From the NCBI GenBank assembly GCA_012862495.1, contig BLSG01000281.1, forward strand, positions 84,050 to 137,861: a DNA stretch of 53,812 nt, given 5' to 3'. This document shows positions 42,243 to 51,767 of the stretch, piece by piece. Origin of the DNA: Thraustochytrium aureum (Eukaryota). The first letter of the stretch is position 1; each line of letters begins with the position of its first letter. The notes beneath the pieces are model-generated. The model made no database searches. It was not told the origin of the DNA and saw nothing but the letters and a program-made list of their open reading frames with translations. The position numbers were made by a program, and so were the translations under genes.

Positions 42243-45200
42243 TCACGCAGTCAGAGCAGACCTGTCGCTCCAGCCCGGCGCAACTCGACCCAGAACTGTC
42301 AGAAACTTGCGCTTCGCGTCCGTTTTGCTGGTGCCGCGCAGCGCCTCCCAAACGCGAAACTTTGACTGTGCCACACTGTCGCTTTCTGCGGGCCCGTTGG
42401 TGTCGCTGCAATCCCCTTGCGTGCTCTGCTTGAAGAAGCCATAAATGAGGAGCTTTTGCTCGTCAGTTGCCTGGTACTTTGAGTGCGAGCTCGTCAAGAT
42501 CGGCTTGGCGAACCGGAGGCCAACAATAAAGCGCTGGTGGAGCTCCGCGATGTCGAGCTCCGCGACAGAGGCATCAACGGCGCCAACTTGATCTTTAAGA
42601 GAAGAAACCCACTCCTCCGCGCTCTCCGAACCGCTTGCCGCGCAGAGCGGGACTTTTGAGCCTGCGCCACCGCGCTGGCCCACGACCGTTTTCAGAGTCC
42701 CGTATTGCCTTCCCCTCCGCCCTTGCAACCGATGGGGATTGACCGGGTTGACTGGGTCTAGATCGCCAAGAGGCCCGTCGTCCCCACTGCTATCCTCTGC
42801 GCTACTACCACTTCGCACAAGGCACATTCGTTGCTGGTCTGCAGGGGGATCCGCCTGGCTCAACGGAGCCGCCCCCAGCGTTCCCCTACTGTTCAGGCAA
42901 CGGCTGTCCTCACCCACATCGTCATCGTCGTCGCTACCGTCTACTGGTTGCGCAGCGCCACCTGGACGGACACCAACTCGCTCGATGGCGAGACCGTCAT
43001 CACGAAGCCTGTCGCCCGGCGGCGGCTCTGCTGCGCCGGGACCAGTCTCAACAACAACGCCCCCGAAACGCTCATTGCCATCTCGCGCCGCGTTTCTATC
43101 AACATCGTCGTCGTCGTCGTCATCGTCTTCTTCATCTTCTTCGTCGTCTTCGTCGCAATCGAAGGCTTCTGGGTCCTGGATAAAGTCCTCTTCTTCCTCC
43201 TCGTCCTCCTCCTCGTCGATGTCGGCGTCATCGTTCGTGGTGATCAGATGAGCTGGGTGCGTGTGTTGCACAGCTGCACAAGCGCGAGACGCCGGTGGAG
43301 CAGGTGGAGCGATCGCGTCGAGGTTTTCCCCGTCGCTGCCGGTCTGTTTCGATGACGTCGACGACGCAGAGAAGGAGGCCAAGGGGTCGTCTTCGCGAGG
43401 GGTGCGAAGCGCGCTGACGTTTGAAGCCACGGCCCCAGCTGTGGGCGGCGGCACGGCAGTCGGCGAGCCGCGCGTCGAGTCTGCAGACAACTGCTTGTGG
43501 TACAGGGCGTCGACCGCGCGCTGAATATCACGCATCCAGTCGTGCTTGTCCGACAGACAGGAAGCCTGAGCAACGAACGATTTGCGTGGATGACGAACTT
43601 CGAAGATGCGCTCATCACCTGTATCGCGCACTTGCATCGTGTGCAGCGGCAGCATCTGGTGCACGTGGTACTTGCCCCCCGTGAGTGCGCGTTGGCTTGC
43701 GTAGATGAGCAAGTCTGAAAACAGGAAGAAGTGGTACTTGCGAAACTTGTTCCGGCACCGCTTCGACAGCGTGCCCTCGCGCAAGAACTCGCGCCCGGCT
43801 CCATAATGGCCACGGAGCCGTCAAACCGTTTCTGAATCGCCAGCAGCTTTTCGTAGTTTTGCCTGCTGGCGATCGTCTCCTTCATGTTGGCCGTCAGGTG
43901 GTGCACTTCGCTGATCACTTCGATCACGTTGTCAGAGTAGCAAGATGCGCTCATGACGTCTGCGTACCATTTGTCTTTCAGGTGATCGCCTTTGACAAGG
44001 CCTATGCTGCTGGCAAGCTCATGCTCGTGCTGTGCGTTGTTCGTGTACAGGTAGTGCAGCTTAGCGAGGAGCGTTGCAAAGGCCTTGCGCTCTGTCTCCA
44101 TACCCAGGAAGAGCGAGATGCTGATAGAATGGCTCAAAATGTCGAGCGCCTGCGAGACAGCGACGAGGGAAAAGGTGCGGGGTGTCTCAAGGATCTTGGT
44201 CACGAGCGAATAAAAGTGCGACCAGGCCACTTCGACNNNNNNNNNNNNNNNNNNNNNNNNNNNNNNNNNNNNNNNNNNNNNNNNNNNNNNNNNNNNNNNN
44301 NNNNNNNNNNNNNNNNNNNNNNNNNNNNNNNNNNNNNNNNNNNNNNNNNNNNNNNNNNNNNNNNNNNNNNNNNNNNNACAGACTCGCTCGTGACCTTGGA
44401 ATGGTAGCAGCTCCACTGGCCTGCGGAGCGCGGTGATGACCTGCGCCATCGCAACACTTTCGACCAGCTTTGCTTGGAATAGGCCGTTGGCGCGGCTCCG
44501 CGTCAGAACCTCGCCCGAGACGCGAGACCTCAGCGCGCCAGCATCCTCTGCAAAGCCAGGCATGCTGGTCCCAGGCCCCGCAGCGGCTGAGCAAGCGTCC
44601 TCCGCTCCAAGATCACAGACGCGGAAGGAGTCGTCCAGGGCACCAGCACTCGTAGATGCGCCCCCATTCGGGCCGGAGACGATGGTGGCTGCTCCGCCAG
44701 AGCCGCCGCGATGCATCCCTGGCCGCGATTGATGCACTAGCTCGGGCGTCGTCTGCGGCGAAGCCATTGTGATCTCGTGGTTGGCGATTGAGCGGTAGAG
44801 CCGTGTGCCAAACTCTGCTGTTATGCGACTCCCGTTCTCGATGTAGGAGATTTGGCGGAGAAACTGCTCCTCCGTCATCTTCTTTTTCTTGTTCACCGCC
44901 GGGTTGTGCAAGTCCGTGTTGAGCATGACTGTCGAGTAGGAGAGCACCATGATCATGTCCGTGTCGTCGCGCGAAAACTCAGCCCGGTTTTCGTCAACAA
45001 AGCACGTCGCAAAAGCCTCGAGCAGCACCTCAACTTGCTGGGACTCGCCTGGCAAGAAGAAGTGCCCACTCTCCAGAAAAAGGCGCAGGCACTGCTCGAA
45101 GGACCGCCCGGCGAACGGAAGTGCGCGGGTGAACTTTAGCCTCACCTCATTCATGAAGGCGAGCTCGTTCCCCGACCTACCCAAGTATGCGCCGACTTCG

Positions 45201-48200
45201 CGCTCGCCAAGCTCTCGGTAGTACAAATGAAGAAACGCCGCAATGCGCGCAGGCGTGGGCTCTAAGAGACCCTCTGCTGTTGCGTGGGCGATGGCCTTGT
45301 GGACGCCCTTTGTCCTCGCGAGTTGAAAGGCTTGCTCTAGAGCGAGGCTTCGTGAGCGTCGAGCAAAGTGACGCAAACGTACTGACGCGTGCTTGTCGGG
45401 CTGCGGCGCCGAGGACAGCTCGCTGCTTCCTTCGAGCACCCTCGCTTGGGGGCTCTGGAAACCGACCGAGGTCAAATCCCAGCCAAAGCCTTCTTGCGTA
45501 CGCGAGGAGCGCTGCCGAAACACGTCGTCCGAGGCCATGAGCCGAAGTGTGCCGCTCATGTCTGTGAGAGCGCGAAGTAGTGTGACCAAGGATGCCAGGG
45601 CGTCGTACTGCATCTCTTGGTTTATTGCAGCTGACTCGGTGTCCGTCTCTATCAGGTAGGCAGCTGGGTCGGCGAGGTGGCAAAGACTCTGAATGATGCC
45701 CTCAAACGTCCGCCAAGTCGGCACGAGCGAGTCGTTCTCAAAGTTGAGAAACATCTCGACAAGGTCACCGGGGTGCATGCCAAACCATGACACAACGTTG
45801 TCCAAAAGCTCGCGGCGGAGTGCAGGCGGGCTCAAACGATCGTTCAAAACGAAAAGAACGATCTTCTCAAACGCGACGGCGAGTTCGATCTTGAGATGGC
45901 GACGAGAGGTTTTCCACATTTCTGACAGGATCGGAAGCGCTAGCTCAATCCGACGTAGATCCGCGGCGTTGTGCAAAACTGCCTTGAAAGCGAATCGACG
46001 GATTTGGACAGCCCAAACATGCGTCTGAAAAAAGGGCGCCCCGCTTGACCCCGCGCACGCAAGCAGTTCTTTGAGGAGATGAAGAGCGGCGAGCTTTTGG
46101 TTGAGCTCGGCGTTGAAGAGGCGGCCTTTGCGCAGTGGCGCATTCAGCGACATGGCGCCGACCTGCGCAAACCAGACGAGCAGCATGACAGCGTTTTCCT
46201 GCGTTCGCGGCAGAGCTAGTTTGCGGCACAGGTGGCGATGGATGTCTCTGGCAAATCCCACCGACTCAACAGAGTGGCGGGCAAGGCGCTTGAAGGCTTC
46301 GTCCGTGATATCCATCACGTCGCGCACGCCGCACACGATGTCAACGAGACCATCAACAATCTCAGATGCGATCACTTTTGCTTCCAAGCCCTGGTCTCGC
46401 GCGCAGCCTTCATGCGATGAGCCGCTTGCACATTGCGCAACCGTGCTCTCGGAGTCAGCCACACGGACGCTAATGAGGTCGAAGATTTGCGCTGGGCAGC
46501 GAAGGAGGAAGTTGAGGTCCTCCAGCGGCACGAAACTCATGCTGGCGAGCAGTTGGGCGCCTGGGAGCTCTTTTTGATGCTCGCCGCACGACGATACGCT
46601 TGCTCGTCCCCGAGGTGAAGTTGCGGCAGCGGTGGAGACAGAGTCGCGTACCTCCATCCCCGCGATAGAGCGCGTTGACTGAGTGGACTTGCCTGCGCGC
46701 GCCGGAGTCGCATGTACACTCAATGTGGACGAAGAAGCAGATGACAGGTCGCCAGTGCTTGACTCTTCGTCGCAAGGCGGAAAGGAGCCGCTCGCGGCGC
46801 ACGCGGCACCGCCTTGACCCGCCGCCCCTGCAAAGCGGTGGGCCTCCCCGGCCCTGTGCTGCGAGGACGCCGTGTATAGCTTAATCGGCAGCATTCNNNN
46901 NNNNNNNNNNNNNNNNNNNNNNNNNNNNNNNNNNNNNNNNNNNNNNNNNNNNNNNNNNNNNNNNNNNNNNNNNNNNNNNNNNNNNNNNNNNNNNNNNNNN
47001 NNNNNNNNNNNNNNNNNNNNNNNNNNNNNNNNNNNNNNNNNNNNNNNNNNNNNNNNNNNNNNNNNNNNNNNNNNNNNNNNNNNNNNNNNNNNNNNNNNNN
47101 NNNNNNNNNNNNNNAATCGGCAGCATTCGAAAGAAGCAGCTCGTGCGAAGGACGGCCTTTGCAACAAAGTGCACGGAAAGCGGATAGAGGCCTCGCGGGC
47201 GTTGATCCAGCGCGGCTGCAAGTACCTTCATAGCGGGCGCAAAGATGACGTCGACGCCCAACTCGGTGCTGTCGGCCGCTGCCTTGATGACAAGGTCGAT
47301 AATGTCCAAGTCCGCGCACTCGCCAACGCAAGCCGACGCAGCTCCTCCGTTGTAGGACCTTAGGAAGCGCTCGAGGTACCGCAGCCCGGTGATCAGCGTT
47401 GGGACGTCGTACGAGTAGCAAGCTGCCAAAATGGGCGCCAGCGCGGCGATGGCCCCTTCCGGGGCCTCTGCCATTCGCTCGTGAGCGAGCGACGTCTTGA
47501 ACGACTCGCTCTTCGAGGGGGGTCGCGTAAAACTCGGCAGCAGCGACGTAGGCTTGGCTGTGGTGGACTCTGAGGCCGTTCCGTGCGCGGCAGTCTCGCC
47601 GGTCGCCGCGGCTTCTCGACGCGTGGCCCCGCACTTGATTACCCGGGCGGCCTGTGCAAGCTGCTCGAGATGCGCCGTGCTGCGCCGCGCGCACAGGAAG
47701 CACGCGTGAAGCTTGTGCCGGGGGTTCAGTAAAGCGCTAAACCCGAGCGGCGTCCGCTCAAGAACGCCATAATCCTCGGGCAGGGCATAGCGCATCGCAG
47801 GGAGGATTGCGCAAATGTCTTCCAGCGGAGGCCCTTCGCCACGGCACACGCAAAGAAACACGCGTCCGCACTGTCCCGTTCCCATGGAAAGGTCCGCGAC
47901 GAACTGTCCGGACACCGTCGTCCCAACAATTTCAAACCCCGGAGGCACAAACTCTTCCTTGCCTTCATGGAAGATGGCAAGAGCAGTGATTGGGGCTCGG
48001 TCTTTCTCGCCGCGCTTGTAAATGATGTGGACGCCTTTCCCTGCCTGGCCTCGGTTCAGGTCCGCGGCCTGCGGCTTGCCCGTTCCCACGACCATTCGCA
48101 CTTTTCGAAACCCGGCAGGGCACTTGTGCCCGCGGAGGAGGAGCTGCACGTCAGTGATGGGCCCTTCCGCTATTTCCTCCGTGGATGCGCCGCCCGAAAA

Positions 48201-48399
48201 GCTCCCACTCGCGCTAGCGTTGTCGAGCGCCGTGATGCTGCGCCCAGAGGACCCCCATGTCTGTAAACGATGCACCGAACGGAAGCGAGCGCCTGTTTCC
48301 ACTCGACCCGCCGCCCACCGATCGCTTCATGAACTGGACGCCATCGCTGATGGAGTTTCGCGACGCGCGCGAGCCGCGACGCCCGTCCGCCGCGTCCAT
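42243..48399 (-). CDS. Large Sec7 ArfGEF with N-terminal MABP, HUS, Sec7, PH and C-terminal acyl-CoA-binding (ACBP) domains
   Basis: MABP-like PITDVQLL..CPAGF..ADLN, PITALAIF..VPPGFEIV..ADLS. HUS-like VEMFLNFEND. Sec7 FFLPGESQQVEVLLEAFA..LSYSTVMLNTDLHNP. PH REFLREGTL..FFLFSDLLIYA. ACBP DEQKLLIYGFFKQSTQGD..WEALRGTSKTDAKRKF. Joined through indels at about 48255 and 43795 and two gaps. Confidence 0.8.
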
Positions 48400-48639
48400 T
48401 GTCTCGTCTTCGCCACAGTGTCGCTGTCGGCTTGCTGAGCCTTCCGACTGCTTGACCCGCCTCAGCTCCTGTGAGAAAGCAAAGCCGACCTCGGCCGCAT
48501 CCTCGCGTTCCCCATCGTGCGCTCCCTCTTCGCGCATCCTCCCTTCCTGCGGGCGCGCCGACGCCAGTGCGGGGAGGGACAGCGCCCCAGCTCGACCCCT
48601 CGGCTCGCAAGTGGGACGCGACGACGACCCCTCCCGCCT

Positions 48640-48717
48640 ACAGGCAGGCAGGTAGTCAGGCGCGCAGGCAGGCGCGCAGGCAGGCGCGCAGGCAGGCAGG
48701 CAGAGAGGCAGGCAGGC
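48640..48717. repeat. (GCAG)n / GCGCGCAGGCAG simple repeat upstream of the ArfGEF gene
   Basis: caggcaggcagg and ggcgcgcaggca x3. Confidence 0.8.
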
Positions 48718-49738
48718 TCTTTGCGCTCGAGCGCGTATGGAGCAGTGCGATGTCCTTGTCGCGCGGCCCCACCCCCTCCCGTCTCCCTTTCGTGTCTGCT
48801 GGTACTCGGAGTACTTGTGTAGCGAGCACAGTCCCAGCCAGGAGGGTTTGACCGAAGGAAGCAAGGTCCCCAACGGAGCCGGCCGAGCGGCCGCGAAGCG
48901 ACTCTGTAGCAGGCTTTGCCGCGCTTGCGCAAGCGGGTTGCGAGTCGGGCGGCTGGATAGTCTGGGGGCGGTCAGCCTTCGATTGGCGAGGAAACGGAGA
49001 CTGCCCTCTCGAGCATCGAGCATCGGCCACTCTCCGAGAACCTGCCGATACGCTTATCGCTCGATGGCGGAACGACCGCAGCAGCCTCGCACTTTCACCT
49101 GNNNNNNNNNNNNNNNNNNNNNNNNNNNNNNNNNNNNNNNNNNNNNNNNNNNNNNNNNNNNNNNNNNNNNNNNNNNNNNNNNNNNNNNNNNNNNNNNNNN
49201 NNNNNNNNNNNNNNNNNNNNNNNNNNNNNNNNNNNNNNNNNNNNNNNNNNNNNNNNNNNNNNNNNNNNNNNNNNNNNNNNNNNNNNNNNNNNNNNNNNNN
49301 NNNNNNNNNNNNNNNNNNNNNNNNNNNNNNNNNNNNNNNNNNNNNNNNNNNNNNNNNNNNNNNNNNNNNNNNNNNNNNNNNNNNNNNNNNNNNNNNNNNN
49401 NNNNNNNNNNNNNNNNNNNNNNNNNNNNNNNCGGACAAGAACAGGCGCGCCTGGCCAACGGATCTGTGCCGGTGGCGTGGGACGGGCAGGCGAGAATCCT
49501 TGCGCGCGGCCAGAGGCAGCCGCGGCAGAGCGAGGCTGCTGCGTTCGCACGACGCGACGAAGAGCGGCGATTTCGACGCTCCAGGCGCACTTGGCGGCCA
49601 AGCGCGGCGCTGGGGCTTGCTGGGCCTCGAGCAGACCGAAGCCGCCACGGCGGCTGCGACGGGCGAGGCCGGCGGCGCGGAGCCGCCCTCAATCCAGGCA
49701 TCAGGCTGGCCGGCGCGGTTTGGTAGCAGAGTAGAGCG

Positions 49739-51217
49739 ATGGACGAGAGGTTCCTGTCGCATCGGTCGAAGGCCGTCCCACGGCGCGCGATTCTGCCGGG
49801 GGCGGGGGAGTCTGGGCCAGCGACGAGAGTGCGAAGCGGCAGCACGCGGTCTGTGAGCTCAGCTGGGTCCTCGTCAGCGGCGTCACGGTCCCACTACTCG
49901 AGCGAGTCTAGCTCGACAATTACAGACGACGACAGGGCCGAGCACTCTGGCTCGCCACTCGCGCACTGGCACGGGCCAGGGTCAATCGCGTACCATGACA
50001 CACGCAAGAGCCGAACGTATCTCACTCGCGACTTTGAAGACGAACGAGTGGAGCGGGTTGCGACCGGCTACAGCGAGAACGCCGGATACACTCCCTACTC
50101 GGTGGAGCTTGACAGTGCGTACTGCTACGAGTGCGAGCCGGATGGGCCGGAGTTGAGCAACACGTTCGGTTCGCAGTATGCCGTGCACGAGAGCGGCCAA
50201 TTCGACAGCTCTAGCGGGTTGGACGTCTCGGGCCCATACCCAAACATGCAGGGCGGAGAGCCAAACATGCAGGGCGGCGAATATTGCTTCGCGGAAAGAG
50301 GCGAGCCGTACGCCCTCCCAGGACGCGACCAAGCAACCTTTGCCGGGCAGCAGTTCGGCGGAGGCTACAACGCCACGGCTTACGGTGCGGAGCAGGACCA
50401 CCACGAGTACTGGGACGAAGCTAGCCAGGACGCATACGCGGTTCCTAATGAAGGCGTGCACAGCGGACGAACCGTGGGAGCCGGCTTCAACGAAGGTGGC
50501 CCTGCCCTCGACGACTATTACCTCACCGACGGGTCGCATGTTGAACATGCCGGCTGGAGCGGCAAGGGTCGAGTTAGCCAGCCAGCGAGCCGCGGAGGAG
50601 AACGCTGGCAGCACGTGGGTCTTGCTGCGCGCACGCACGGTTCGCGCCCCGGGGATAGCTTTGGCCTGCGTCGAGTCGACGATCAGAATGCTGCCTGGGC
50701 AAGTAGCGGTGGCCAATACGAGGTTTGCTGCCCAGAGGAGCCATACTTTGAGCACACCAACCGAAACTCCTCTCGCTCATTGCGCCTGCAGGGCGGCCAT
50801 GCAAGGGGGCAGCCAGCAGCTCGCTCGCAAAGCGGCCGCCCAACGCTCCTTGGGCCTGGCATGATACCACACCAGACGCAGCCGGCCGTCGCAGACGTGT
50901 TTTCGTTGGCGCGGCACGGCAGGTACGACGAGGTTGAGGCTTTGTTAGATGCAGGGCTAAATGTGGACGCGCACGACCGCTGGGGCAACACGATCCTGAC
51001 AATCGCCTGCCAAAACGGCCTCAAGCGGATCGCAAAGCTCGCGTTGCGGCGCGGGGCGGACATCAATCGGGTCAATTTTCGCGGCAACACGCCGCTGCAC
51101 TATTGCTATGCCTACAGCTATGGCGACTCGCTTGGCGCCTACCTCATTTCGAAGGGCGCCGACCCGCTCGTGCGCAACCAGGACGGCCTGCTTTGCCACG
51201 AGCTGGCGCGCCCGTGA
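49739..51217 (+). CDS. Ankyrin-repeat protein with a long low-complexity N-terminus (may extend upstream to ATG 49064 across the gap)
   Basis: C-terminal ankyrins VFSLARHGRYDEV..DRWGNTILTIACQNG..RGNTPLHYC..LISKGADP. Internal 21-bp duplication (PNMQGGE x2) at about 50240-50281. Confidence 0.8.
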   Translation: MDERFLSHRSKAVPRRAILPGAGESGPATRVRSGSTRSVSSAGSSSAASRSHYSSESSSTITDDDRAEHSGSPLAHWHGPGSIAYHDTRKSRTYLTRDFEDERVERVATGYSENAGYTPYSVELDSAYCYECEPDGPELSNTFGSQYAVHESGQFDSSSGLDVSGPYPNMQGGEPNMQGGEYCFAERGEPYALPGRDQATFAGQQFGGGYNATAYGAEQDHHEYWDEASQDAYAVPNEGVHSGRTVGAGFNEGGPALDDYYLTDGSHVEHAGWSGKGRVSQPASRGGERWQHVGLAARTHGSRPGDSFGLRRVDDQNAAWASSGGQYEVCCPEEPYFEHTNRNSSRSLRLQGGHARGQPAARSQSGRPTLLGPGMIPHQTQPAVADVFSLARHGRYDEVEALLDAGLNVDAHDRWGNTILTIACQNGLKRIAKLALRRGADINRVNFRGNTPLHYCYAYSYGDSLGAYLISKGADPLVRNQDGLLCHELARP

Positions 51218-51767
51218 CCCAGCCCATTCGCTCGCTCTGCTCCAGCAAGAGTTGATCGGCTCGCTGGATGGTCTGCAGGTTGTTCGCCTGCCGTGTTTCG
51301 CAGTCAATCCTCCACTATTTACATCCTGATCTGCTCCAGGTCTGTCCAGGTCTGTCCTGGGCGAAGCGAGCAGGCCGGCATGGGTGGGGAGCGACCTGCA
51401 GATCTCCAAGTGCGCTGCAAATGTCCAACGCGCAGTTACCCAATCGCAAAGCACCAACCTGAAGTTGATTTCATCCGCTCTTCCTCGGTGCACCGGCACT
51501 CAACCCACTACTTACCAGCCTGGAGTTGCTTGAGACTGCTCGCAGGTGCTCGACCCGGGTTCTCACAACTCCACGAAGAGGAGCGGATAATGGACGGACA
51601 AAGGGCAGACCGCACGCTCGCGAATGAGCTGCAAGGGCAGAGACCACTCCTCACCACGCAGTGCGGCGCCCCGGAGCAGGCACAGCCCCCGGGATTTCGC
51701 AGTACTCGCGAGCGCTGCTCGAAGAGGGGTTGCCTCTGCGGTCGCGGCCGATTGCGCCGCTGGCACC

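Larger units (their letters stand above)
3720..49431. other. 14 scaffold gaps (N runs): 3720-3893, 5788-5967, 8466-8700, 13308-14249, 17580-17745, 23320-23564, 25972-26104, 31367-31474, 34192-34332, 38770-39452, 40550-41084, 44237-44377, 46897-47114, 49102-49431
   Basis: Runs of N, many inside coding regions. At least three appear much longer than the sequence actually missing. Confidence 0.95.

Noticed and set aside
44198..44395. 12-bp inverted repeat (GGTCACGAGCGA / TCGCTCGTGACC) around gap 44237-44377 as transposon TIRs
   Set aside because: Both arms lie within ArfGEF coding sequence, are not at the gap edges, and have no target-site duplication.
8000..48260. Genome-wide programmed frameshifting, RNA editing or mass pseudogenisation, suggested by frame breaks near 8010, 9905, 14540, 18250, 20921, 23697, 26600, 26718, 26802, 33411, 37673, 41800, 43795 and 48255
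   Set aside because: Most breaks that can be located are repaired by adding or removing one base in a homopolymer run (gccac, gaggga, cccaaac, CCGGGC). They hit essential genes (UTP21, Nup214) and share no slippery heptamer or stop-adjacent motif. This is the signature of sequencing or assembly indels; comparing RNA-seq with genomic reads would settle it.
51218..51767. Riboswitch or ncRNA upstream of MTHFR
   Set aside because: No recognisable SAM, THF, cobalamin or TPP aptamer consensus was found by eye. An Infernal/Rfam scan would be needed to exclude one formally.
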